The notes beneath the pieces are model-generated. The model saw only the letters and a list, made by a program, of their open reading frames with translations, did not search any database and was not told the origin of the DNA. A DNA stretch of 64,000 nucleotides from a virus (Duplodnaviria; Caudoviricetes). The position numbers and the translations under genes are program-made. The DNA is taken from positions 8,965 through 72,964 of IMG/VR virus record IMGVR_UViG_3300046473_000190; one strand, given 5' to 3'. Within the stretch, counting starts at the first letter, position 1, and the number at the start of each line of letters is the position of its first letter. Below are positions 9,881 through 19,026 of the stretch, piece by piece.

Positions 9881-10602
9881 TGGCGTATGATTACACGGGA
9901 TATATCACTTCGCTTGGCGGCCTCATGGTTGTCGCCACGACGGACGTCAATTTCGCGCAGATCGTGCCGAATATCATTGATGACGCCGAACAGCGAATCT
10001 ACCGTGAACTTGACTTGCTCAATACCGTGGTGCGGGACTCGTCATCCGGATTTGCGCCGGGAACGCGCACGTTCAACCTTCCGGCCACGCTCGGCACATT
10101 CTACGTTGTCGATAGCCTCTATGCCATTACGCCTGCGTTGCAGACTACGCCGGACGCGGGCACGCGAAATATGCTGTTGCCGGTCAGCCGGTCGTACCTG
10201 GATGCCGCATTTCCCAGCATCAATGGGTCCGGCATGCCGACCTACTTCGCCATGACGACGCAAACCTCGCTCATTGTTGGCCCGTGGCCAGACGCGCTCT
10301 ATCAGGCGGAAGTCGTTGGAACCATCCATCCAGCGTCGTTATCGCCGACGAATACGACCACCATCCTGACCCAGTATCTGCCCGACCTGTTCTTGGCTGC
10401 CTCGATGGTGTTTGGCGCGGCTTATTTGCAGAATTACGGTGCCGCCCAAGCCGTGGACAACCCTGGCATGGGCATTACGTGGGAATCTCACTATCAGGCG
10501 CTGAAGCAATCCGCTGCGGTTGAGGAGGCTCGAAAAAAGTTCAACGCCGAGGGGTGGTCATCAAAGCAGCCATCACAGATTGCCACGCCCCCAAGGACAT
10601 AA
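9880..10602 (+). CDS. tail/adaptor structural protein
   Basis: NFAQIVPNIIDDAEQRIYRELDL, G.PTYFAM...LIVGPWPD, YLPDLFLAASMV; conserved podophage family (from memory). Confidence 0.65.
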   Translation: MAYDYTGYITSLGGLMVVATTDVNFAQIVPNIIDDAEQRIYRELDLLNTVVRDSSSGFAPGTRTFNLPATLGTFYVVDSLYAITPALQTTPDAGTRNMLLPVSRSYLDAAFPSINGSGMPTYFAMTTQTSLIVGPWPDALYQAEVVGTIHPASLSPTNTTTILTQYLPDLFLAASMVFGAAYLQNYGAAQAVDNPGMGITWESHYQALKQSAAVEEARKKFNAEGWSSKQPSQIATPPRT

Positions 10603-10605
10603 GCC

Positions 10606-11304
10606 ATGTCGGAACCAACCACTCCAAATATTGGCCTTATCGTACCCAACACGGGAGATTTGCCGGGAGCTTGGGGCACCTCGGCCGTCAATCCGAACAT
10701 GTCGGCCATTGACGGGCTGTTCGGTGGAACGGTGACTCTCACGCTGTCTGGAGCAACCACGGTCACTTTGACATCGTCCACGGCAGTATTGACGCCCGCA
10801 GGCGGACCGTTCCAGCAGAACAATGCCTGTATTTTTATTACGGGCTCGCAGAGTGCCAATGCGGTTATCAAGTTCAGTCAGCCGGGACGGTATATCGTCA
10901 ACAACCAAATTTTTAATGCTCCGCCGAGCGACCTCTATGTGCAACTTTCCCCGGCTACAGGGACAGGCCGTTCCATTGGAGCGCCAGCCGGCCAGAAAAT
11001 AACTGTGTTTTTCGATGGCGCTCATATGGATTACGTGGACTCGTTCCCCATAGGGGGGTTGCTGCCGGTCTTTACGGGAAACCCGTCCGAGGAGCCGCCA
11101 TGGTGGGCGGCGTGCTCGACCTCCCCGTTCCTTTTTTGCAATGGGAGTGTTTACAATGTCGTTGATTATCCAGCGCTTGGTGCAATGCTAGGCAGCGCTT
11201 ATGGCGGCAATGGTGTGACAACGTTCGCCGTTCCGACAGCCAATAGCACGTTTATCACGCACGCCGCTCAAGGTCTCGATTCCTTCATTTATATCAAGAC
11301 ATGA
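10606..11304 (+). CDS. tail fibre protein with phage tail collar domain
   Basis: FPIGGLLPVF...FLFCNGSVYNVVDYPALGAMLGSAYGGNGVTTFAVP. Confidence 0.8.
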   Translation: MSEPTTPNIGLIVPNTGDLPGAWGTSAVNPNMSAIDGLFGGTVTLTLSGATTVTLTSSTAVLTPAGGPFQQNNACIFITGSQSANAVIKFSQPGRYIVNNQIFNAPPSDLYVQLSPATGTGRSIGAPAGQKITVFFDGAHMDYVDSFPIGGLLPVFTGNPSEEPPWWAACSTSPFLFCNGSVYNVVDYPALGAMLGSAYGGNGVTTFAVPTANSTFITHAAQGLDSFIYIKT

Positions 11305-11310
11305 CCGCAG

Positions 11311-13344
11311 ATGCCCTATGGAGCCGTTCAACTCGTGCCTGGCGTGGATGTGGAGAGGACCCCTACCACGTCGAAGGCTGGCATTAATGTAAGCCAACTG
11401 ATTCGTTTCAGGGCGGGTATGGTTCAAAAACTGGGTGGCTGGTCCGCTTTGTATCCGAATGCCATCTCCGGAGTGCCGCGCGAACTGCACGCTTGGCAAG
11501 ACCTGAACTCCGTCGATCATCTCGGCATTGGCGCGACAACCGGTCTGTATGTGCTGACAAACGGCCAGCCGATCACCATTACGCCGCTGTCCACCACGAC
11601 GAACCCGGCCGTGAACTTCTCGACGGTCATGAATACTTCTGTCGTGACTATCGTCGATGCGGGGGCCACGAACCTGTCGACGGACGACATGGTCGTCCTT
11701 AATACGCCGGTTTCGGTCGGCGGAATTGTGCTATCGGGGGCCTATCCGATCGCCAGCGTAGGTGCGGGTTCCTACACGATTACGTCGGCTACGCCAGCGA
11801 CGGGAACCGTCAACAACGGTGGTGCCGTTCCGCTATTCACGACAACGAGCGGGTCCGATATTGTTACGGTTACCCTGAACGACCACGGGGTGGTTGCCGG
11901 AAGCTTTGTTGTCTTTACGGCATCAACGACCGGTAACGGCGTTACGATCCAGGGGCTGTATACGGTTCAGGCCAAAGTCGACATTAACAATTTTACCATC
12001 TCGATTGACGGTCTTGCCACGGCATCGAGCGGGTTTTCGATGAACGGCGGCAATGCGCAGTTCGTCTATTATCTTACGGTTGGACCGGCGGGCGCCTCAA
12101 TGGGTTATGGCGCGGGCGGGTATGGCAGCGGCGGCTATGGTGTCGGCACGACGACGGCCCAGACGGGTACGCCTATTACGGCTACCGATTGGACGAGCGA
12201 CAATTGGGGTGAGATTTATCTAGCCTGCCCGTCCGGTGGGCCGGTCTTTTCGTGGGATCCAACGACAGGTCATCAAACGGCCGGTCCCGTAAATGGTGCG
12301 CCGCCTTACAATGGCGGTATCTTCGTGTCCCAGACCCAGCAGATCCTCGTCTGTTGGGGGTCGACGGTGCCGGAAGCCATCGGTAGCGTCCAGGATCCTC
12401 TAACGGTTTCGTGGTCGACGGTCGGGGACTTTAATAATTTTCAAGTGCTGACGACGGACCAGGCTGGCAGTTTCCGCATTCCTATCGGTTCCAAGTGCAT
12501 GGGCGGGATGGCGGTAGCCAACCAGGATCTCATCTGGACCGACGTCGACGTCTGGGCGATGAACTACCTCGGGCCGCCTTTGGTGTTTGGGTTCAATAAG
12601 ATAGGTGGCGGTGCAGGATTGATTTCCTCGCATGCGGCGCAGCAATTGCGCGGCAATGTCTACTGGATGGGACCGTCCAATTTCTACTCGCTGACGACGA
12701 ATGGCGTGGCCGTCACGCCGTGCCCGGTCTGGGACTTCGTGTTTCAGAACCTCAATACAGCCTTTCAGCGGAACATTCGGGCGATGGCGAACACACCGTT
12801 TAACGAGGCCGGATGGCTATTCCCTTCGGCTGCCAGTGAAAGCGGGGAATGCGATAGCTACGTTAAATACAACATTGTGGAACAATGCTGGGATTACGGA
12901 ACCCTGCCGCGATCGGCATGGACTGACGAAAACGTCTACGGCAATGGCAACCCGATCGGGGCGACGCCGTCCGGGATTATTTATCAGCATGAGACGACAA
13001 ACGATGCCGCTGGAGGTCCGCTGGCGGCGAGTTTCACCACCGGATATTTCTATATCTCCGAGGGTGAGGATTTCGCCTTTGTCGACCAGATCCTGCCGGA
13101 TTTCAAATGGGGGTTCCTCGATGATGGCGCTGGTGCGCAAATCCAGTTGTCATTCAATGTGGTTAACTACCCTGGCGACACGCCGCAGACGTTCGGGCCA
13201 TACACCGTGACACAACAGACACAGTATATTATGGTGCGGTGCCGGGGTAGGCAGATGTCGTTCACGGTGGCATCGAACGATGTCGGAACGTGGTGGCGGC
13301 TAGGATACATTCGCTACCGTTTTGCTGCTTCCGGCAGGAGATGA
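11311..13344 (+). CDS. tail tubular protein B / DNA stabilisation (P22 gp10-like) protein
   Basis: 677 aa, beta-propeller-like content, LIRFRAGMVQKLGGW N-terminus; position before ejection genes. Confidence 0.7.
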   Translation: MPYGAVQLVPGVDVERTPTTSKAGINVSQLIRFRAGMVQKLGGWSALYPNAISGVPRELHAWQDLNSVDHLGIGATTGLYVLTNGQPITITPLSTTTNPAVNFSTVMNTSVVTIVDAGATNLSTDDMVVLNTPVSVGGIVLSGAYPIASVGAGSYTITSATPATGTVNNGGAVPLFTTTSGSDIVTVTLNDHGVVAGSFVVFTASTTGNGVTIQGLYTVQAKVDINNFTISIDGLATASSGFSMNGGNAQFVYYLTVGPAGASMGYGAGGYGSGGYGVGTTTAQTGTPITATDWTSDNWGEIYLACPSGGPVFSWDPTTGHQTAGPVNGAPPYNGGIFVSQTQQILVCWGSTVPEAIGSVQDPLTVSWSTVGDFNNFQVLTTDQAGSFRIPIGSKCMGGMAVANQDLIWTDVDVWAMNYLGPPLVFGFNKIGGGAGLISSHAAQQLRGNVYWMGPSNFYSLTTNGVAVTPCPVWDFVFQNLNTAFQRNIRAMANTPFNEAGWLFPSAASESGECDSYVKYNIVEQCWDYGTLPRSAWTDENVYGNGNPIGATPSGIIYQHETTNDAAGGPLAASFTTGYFYISEGEDFAFVDQILPDFKWGFLDDGAGAQIQLSFNVVNYPGDTPQTFGPYTVTQQTQYIMVRCRGRQMSFTVASNDVGTWWRLGYIRYRFAASGRR

Positions 13345-13345
13345 C

Positions 13346-13720
13346 ATGGCATCGGCCGACGAAGTCAATTCGACGCTCAAGAATCTCGTCAGCAATGTCG
13401 GGTTGCTTGTCAACGGCACGGCTTTGATTAATGCGGTTAACGCCATATCCAGCACATTGGCGACGTCGTTGGCGACGGTGCATGGTTTTGGCGGATCGGC
13501 AGTCATGCCGGCGGCAGTTGCTTCCGTGGTTATTGGCAACGCGCAGTTGGCCAGCACAGGGGTTATAAGTTTTTCACCTGGGAACACCGGGGCGGCCACG
13601 ACGGTTTTTACGGCCGGCGTATATGTCGGGCCGATTACGGCCGGAAGCTTCTCGCTGGTTGTCAATACCGGATCGTCTGTATCGTCCGGCTTATTCTACT
13701 ATGTCGGCTATAACCCATAA
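13346..13720 (+). CDS. hypothetical virion protein
   Basis: ATG 13346 after GGAG; tail operon. Confidence 0.55.
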   Translation: MASADEVNSTLKNLVSNVGLLVNGTALINAVNAISSTLATSLATVHGFGGSAVMPAAVASVVIGNAQLASTGVISFSPGNTGAATTVFTAGVYVGPITAGSFSLVVNTGSSVSSGLFYYVGYNP

Positions 13721-13732
13721 GGAGCACGACAA

Positions 13733-14386
13733 GTGCCGCTAAATAAGTCGGGTTCGGAAGGCGCGTTCAAGCAGAACGTCAAGACGCTGATGGGCGAGGT
13801 CGGCAAGTCGCCACATGTCCAAAGCCGCTCTCAGGCCCTCGCGATCGCATATGCCACCAAGCGGCGCGGTCGAGCCATGGGCGGAATTGCTTCCAACCCT
13901 TTCACGCTGCGCAATGTGGTACGGCGCGAGATGCATACGGGGCCGATCATGTCGGCCGTACCGGGACGTACCGACAAGCACGCGATGAACGTGCCCTCCG
14001 GTTCCTACGTCGTTCCCGCCGACGTCGTTTCGCATCTCGGGCAGAACAATACGTCCGCGGGCATGCAGGTTTTGCACAAGGAGCTCCACGGTGGTCCCTA
14101 TGGCGGACCGGGGGCTAAGACACCGAAGATAAAAGGGCTCGGGCTACCGAAGCCGCCCAAGATGTCGATGGCCAATAAGGGAGGACGCAAGAACGACCAT
14201 CATATGGGGTCGCCGGTTCCAGTCATGACGGCAGGCGGGGAGTACGTCATTCCTCCCGAGATTGTCCTGCAGTTTGGCAATGGTGATCTCAAGCGTGGTC
14301 ATGCTGAATTGGACAAACGCATCATGAACCTGCGAAAGAAGCACATTCAAACCCTCCGGAAGCTTCCGCCCCCGGCCAAATCATGA
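13733..14386 (+). CDS. basic putative core protein with xxGG motifs
   Basis: RBS TAAGGAG; GRTDKHAMNVPSGSYVVPADVVS and AGGEYVIPPEIV motifs. Confidence 0.6.
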   Translation: MPLNKSGSEGAFKQNVKTLMGEVGKSPHVQSRSQALAIAYATKRRGRAMGGIASNPFTLRNVVRREMHTGPIMSAVPGRTDKHAMNVPSGSYVVPADVVSHLGQNNTSAGMQVLHKELHGGPYGGPGAKTPKIKGLGLPKPPKMSMANKGGRKNDHHMGSPVPVMTAGGEYVIPPEIVLQFGNGDLKRGHAELDKRIMNLRKKHIQTLRKLPPPAKS

Positions 14387-14937
14387 CGGCAGCGTTACCC
14401 CCAGTACGTGTCGGGACGCGCGCAGACGAAGCGGACATGATGGCTTTGTGTCATGAACTCCACGAGGACAATGGCCTGTTCGAGATGGAGGATTCTAAGG
14501 TGCTGGAAATGCTCGATCGCGCCTATAATCGGCAGGGCGGTGTGATCGGCATCATCGACGGCGACGGCGAAATCGCGGGAGCCATCTACATGACAATATC
14601 GTCAATGTGGTATCGGTCCGTGGAACATCTCGAGGAATTATTCAATTTTGTCAGGCCAAAGTATCGGAATACGAAGGCTGCAAAAGCCTTGGTGCAGTTT
14701 GCCAAGACATGCAGCGACAAGACCGGGTTGCCTTTGATGATCGGCGTCGTCACGAACAAGCGGCTTGAGGCCAAAGTGCGGCTTTACCGGCAGGAATTGG
14801 GAATGCCGACGGGGGCATTCTTCATCTACGGCGTCAAGCAATGGGCGAACGAGAGCGTGATGGACCAGCGCGATTTGTGGCGCGTGCATCGCGGTAAGAA
14901 ACGTGGCAACGGCCACGCTGAATCTGAGGCAAAATAA
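14383..14937 (+). CDS. GNAT-like acetyltransferase in tail/ejection module
   Basis: LEELFNFVRPKYRNTKAAKALVQFAK acetyl-CoA-binding-like motif. Confidence 0.7.
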   Translation: MTAALPPVRVGTRADEADMMALCHELHEDNGLFEMEDSKVLEMLDRAYNRQGGVIGIIDGDGEIAGAIYMTISSMWYRSVEHLEELFNFVRPKYRNTKAAKALVQFAKTCSDKTGLPLMIGVVTNKRLEAKVRLYRQELGMPTGAFFIYGVKQWANESVMDQRDLWRVHRGKKRGNGHAESEAK

Positions 14938-17900
14938 ATGGGTATACCCGCCAAAACTGGGAATTCGTCTACCGGCCCCAGCGCATCGGGGACTGCTGCG
15001 CTTAATTCTGTGCTGCCGCAGGTTCAGCAATACCTCAATCCGGCGACCAATCCCTACACCCCAGTTTTTCAGCAAAGCGCTCAACAGAATCCTGAGCAGT
15101 TGTCGGCGGTGGGAAATTACAATACCGCCTTCGGGGCGGCCAATACGGGACTTGGTACATACGGGGAGGCACAGTCGCTTGCCGAAGGCGCGGCACAGCC
15201 GCTTACGCAGGCCGAGATCGACCAGTATTTTAATCCGTATGTGAACGATGTCGTTAATGCGGCGCAACGACAATTTACTCTGCAAAATGCGCAGCAGCAG
15301 AACCAAGTGGTTGGCAACGAGACGGCGCAGGGAGCGCTGGGAGGAAATAGAACTGCGGTTGCGGGAGCCCTAACGGCCGGACAACAGGCGGCGGCAGAAG
15401 ATCCGATTATCGCCGGAATGCTGCAAGCGGGCTACACGCAGCAGGAAGCAATGGCCGCCCAGCAATACCAACAGATACCGTTAGCTGCCGCGTCGGCATT
15501 GCAAGGGATTGGTGCCGGTCAGGAAGGTGCGGCTGGCAATATAGCCAATTTGGGCATGGGCCAATACGGCCTTGGCACTCAACAGCAGCAATATTATACG
15601 CCGGGAGCGCCAACTACAGCCACGTTAAATGCGCTCTATGCCGAGCAACTGGCCAAGTATGGCTATCCGATCCAGCTTACGAATATGGCGGCCGGTGACA
15701 TTGGCGGTCTCGCCGCAGCCTATGGCTCTAATACCACGACGACGCCGCCCCCGCCCAGTCTTATCAGCGGTTTGGCTGGTGCTGGTACTTTCGGGTTGGG
15801 ATTGGGCGCATTGGGGCAGGCGGGTGCCTTTGCGCCACTTGCGGCTATGATTTCGACGGGCGGTCGTGTGCAGGGCAGGCGCGCGGGCGGCGCGGTTCTT
15901 CCGGAATCGCCTAGGACATTGCATGCTCAGCAACGGCAATTGCTTGAGGGACATCGCCGCGTGCAGATGTTCCCGCATGGCAGCAAGGAGTTGTCCTTGC
16001 CGTCCGGCATGCGTCGCGTCGAGGCACATAGCGGCGTGTTCCACTATAATCCGGATAAGGTTTCCGAGGCTGAAATACACAAGCATGCCAAGGCGGGAAC
16101 AGAGCATCATTTGCTGGATCTCGGCCCTTATTCCAAGCAGGACATCATGCACCGCGTTCGGGGCGGTGAAGCCCCTGTCGCTGTTGTCGAGCGGCATCCT
16201 GATGGGACCGAGGTGCGTGCTGCAGTTGGAACGCGTGTTACGGCGGCCGAACAGGCTGCGCATATGGAGCGCACGAAGTCGCCCGGACATCGCATTCACG
16301 TCGAGGATGTTCGCCATACACTAGCCAAGCGGGCAGACGGCGGCCGCGTGCAGGGGTTACTGACAGGCGGCGTTCCGGCAATGCCCTATGGCGCGAGCCC
16401 CATGAGTGGTCTTGGGCCGGTGCCTTATGCTGGCGGCGGCAGCTACGTTCCACAAGGCGCGGTAGTGAATATTCCAAGGCCGCAGGCTGCGCCGCCCATG
16501 CCGGAGCAGCAAGACGACGCCTCCAAGATGTTCACGCAGGCGCTGCAAATGTCTAAGCTGGGCAGCGGTAGCGGTAGCGGCCCAGGACTGGCGACAACGC
16601 TAGCCAACAAGTTTGATCCATTCAGTGAGGCCGATCTGAATTATGCGGCGGAGATGTCGTCCGCAGGCGGACGGGTGCCGCGCGCTTATGGCGGCTTGGC
16701 TACGCCATCGTCCAATCGCATCAATGTGCCGATGCGCGGCGGCTTCGGCATGCCGTCATTTATGTCGCGTGGCGGATTAGCAGAGGGTGGCACGCCGGAT
16801 GATGACATAGCGACGGCGGGCTTGGTAGCAGCAGCGGATACAGGCTTGGCGTCAGAGTTCGCTGGTCCGCCGCAGCAGGTTGCGGCATTAAATACTCCCG
16901 CCACCGCTCCCGCCGCGTCCGGTCCCACGCCTGGGCTGGTAGCGGCACCACCCGTGACTGCCGATGTTCCATTGCCACAGCCTCGGCCAAAAGAAGCTGA
17001 TGAACCACCTAAGCCCTGGCGGGTAGCCGCCAATGAATGGACGAAGGCTGGCATGTCGGAGAACGGCGTGGCTGGCGTGCTTGCCAACGTCAAGGACGAG
17101 AGCAATTTCGACTCGACGTTGCGTCACCCTGATCAGCCGCACTGGGGCGGTGAGGCCCATTTTGCGCACGGATTGTACCAAGAGGGTGGCCAGGAGTGGA
17201 ACAATTACGCCAACTGGCTGCGGAATACGCATCCAGGCGCGGATTGGCGAGATCCAAAGCTTCAGTCCGAGTTTACTGCACAAAACCTCAAGAACAACTA
17301 TCCCCAAGTCTGGGACAAGATGGCCAATGCCAAGACCAAGGAAGAAGCCGCCCAGGCTTTCGTTTCCGGTTATCTGAAACCTGCCGCTCACTTTGAGAAT
17401 GCCCGTCTGAGCAAGTATGCCGCCGGCGTTCCCGATTCTGAGGACTACGAAAAGATGGCATTCAACACCACGCCTGTTGGCCAACAGCGTGGGTTAATGA
17501 CTACGACGACCGACGCAGGCGGCATCCCCGGCGTAACGCCAATCAAAGCATCGGATATTTCCGGCAAGGCCAAGCCAGACAAGACCGACATTGCGTTGTC
17601 GCTGATGGCGGCGGGCCTTGGCATGATGGGGTCGCGTTCGCCGTATGCCGGTGTGGGTATCGGCCAAGGCGGATTGCAGGGCATCGGGACTTACGAGGCG
17701 TTGCATAAGCAGCGGGTGGGCGAGGCTGAACATCAAGCGCAGTTGGAGATGAATGCTGCCGCCCTCAATCAGCATCCGCAGATGCAGCAGCTACTTTTTG
17801 CGCAACAGAAAGCGCAGCAGGAACGGCTATTCGCGCAACAGCAGCAAATGGAAGAAAAGAAGGCTGCGGATGTACGCGCCTTAGAGGCAATGAAGGAATC

Positions 17901-19026
17901 GAAACAGCCTCGCACTATTGTCGACTCACAGACTGGCATGGTTCGCAATGTTGTTCCGCGAGGGGATGGTACGTTTGAAGATATTATGACCCATGATGTT
18001 ATAGGGACGCCAAGGGGGCAAACGCCGACCCCGACGCAGACGCCCCGGAATCCGACGCAACCAATGCCGTCTAATCCGCGCAATGCTTCGGTTACCGCGC
18101 CCACTCAATTGGTAAGCGCCGATCCTGGATTTAGGGTGAGAAATAGCCAATTCGTCGAATCCGGTCAAAGTTTTAACTATGCCAGCGGTGATACGCCTCA
18201 CATTGAAAAGGGTATGGTTGTTCCAGAACCGCAGGCGATTGGCGGCAATTCCGTCGATTCGCTAAAGACCGATGCAAAGACTTATCTGCAGACAGGTAAA
18301 TTGCCGCCGGTTAGCAGGGGCGCGAGCCCGGTAGCCGTTTCCCAGCAAGCTTATCAGCGAGCAGTCAAGAATTACGCCAATGCTGTGGCGTCGTCTCTTG
18401 GCATGACACATGATCAAGTTGCCGAGACAATGCGGCAAGGCGGGATGATGCCCCGGTTTATCTTGGGTCCGGCTGGGCAGGCCACGGTGTCTCTCGGCAC
18501 TGCGGTCCGGCATCTGGATACGCTTAGGGAATTCGCAAAGGCGTGGGATGCGAATGACGTTCAAACGGTTAATCGTCTGCGCACCACAATTTCCAGAGAA
18601 TTCGGTGATGATGCGGCGACGAATCTTGACACGGTCGGCAAGATTGTTGGACCGGAAATCATCAAGGCCATTGGTGTTGCCGGGGCAGGAACGGCAGAAG
18701 AGCGCGCAGGGGCGGCAGCGCAATTCAGCACTATAGCCAGCGGCAAGCAGATGCTAGGGGCCATTGACGTTACACAGAAACTGCTTAGTGGTCAGTTAGA
18801 AGGCAAGAAGCGACAGGCGGCGGCATCCGGGGTCTCCGAGGAGACATTCAAGAACCTTATCGGTGATCGGCCTTATGAAATCCTAACGGGTATCGATAAG
18901 GGAACGACGAAGGAAACAGAAGGCGCGCAAGCCGCCCCGAGTGCGCCAAAAGTTGGCGATGTTGTTAAAGGGTATAAATTCAAGGGGGGCAATCCGTCCG
19001 ACAAGAATAATTGGGAAAAACAGTAA
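14938..19026 (+). CDS. large internal virion/ejection protein with phage tail lysozyme-like domain
   Basis: Gln/Ala/Gly-rich pilot-like N-terminus; GMSENGVAGVLANVKDESNFD...HGLYQ...AAQAFVSGYLKP at about 17030-17390. Confidence 0.75.
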   Translation: MGIPAKTGNSSTGPSASGTAALNSVLPQVQQYLNPATNPYTPVFQQSAQQNPEQLSAVGNYNTAFGAANTGLGTYGEAQSLAEGAAQPLTQAEIDQYFNPYVNDVVNAAQRQFTLQNAQQQNQVVGNETAQGALGGNRTAVAGALTAGQQAAAEDPIIAGMLQAGYTQQEAMAAQQYQQIPLAAASALQGIGAGQEGAAGNIANLGMGQYGLGTQQQQYYTPGAPTTATLNALYAEQLAKYGYPIQLTNMAAGDIGGLAAAYGSNTTTTPPPPSLISGLAGAGTFGLGLGALGQAGAFAPLAAMISTGGRVQGRRAGGAVLPESPRTLHAQQRQLLEGHRRVQMFPHGSKELSLPSGMRRVEAHSGVFHYNPDKVSEAEIHKHAKAGTEHHLLDLGPYSKQDIMHRVRGGEAPVAVVERHPDGTEVRAAVGTRVTAAEQAAHMERTKSPGHRIHVEDVRHTLAKRADGGRVQGLLTGGVPAMPYGASPMSGLGPVPYAGGGSYVPQGAVVNIPRPQAAPPMPEQQDDASKMFTQALQMSKLGSGSGSGPGLATTLANKFDPFSEADLNYAAEMSSAGGRVPRAYGGLATPSSNRINVPMRGGFGMPSFMSRGGLAEGGTPDDDIATAGLVAAADTGLASEFAGPPQQVAALNTPATAPAASGPTPGLVAAPPVTADVPLPQPRPKEADEPPKPWRVAANEWTKAGMSENGVAGVLANVKDESNFDSTLRHPDQPHWGGEAHFAHGLYQEGGQEWNNYANWLRNTHPGADWRDPKLQSEFTAQNLKNNYPQVWDKMANAKTKEEAAQAFVSGYLKPAAHFENARLSKYAAGVPDSEDYEKMAFNTTPVGQQRGLMTTTTDAGGIPGVTPIKASDISGKAKPDKTDIALSLMAAGLGMMGSRSPYAGVGIGQGGLQGIGTYEALHKQRVGEAEHQAQLEMNAAALNQHPQMQQLLFAQQKAQQERLFAQQQQMEEKKAADVRALEAMKESKQPRTIVDSQTGMVRNVVPRGDGTFEDIMTHDVIGTPRGQTPTPTQTPRNPTQPMPSNPRNASVTAPTQLVSADPGFRVRNSQFVESGQSFNYASGDTPHIEKGMVVPEPQAIGGNSVDSLKTDAKTYLQTGKLPPVSRGASPVAVSQQAYQRAVKNYANAVASSLGMTHDQVAETMRQGGMMPRFILGPAGQATVSLGTAVRHLDTLREFAKAWDANDVQTVNRLRTTISREFGDDAATNLDTVGKIVGPEIIKAIGVAGAGTAEERAGAAAQFSTIASGKQMLGAIDVTQKLLSGQLEGKKRQAAASGVSEETFKNLIGDRPYEILTGIDKGTTKETEGAQAAPSAPKVGDVVKGYKFKGGNPSDKNNWEKQ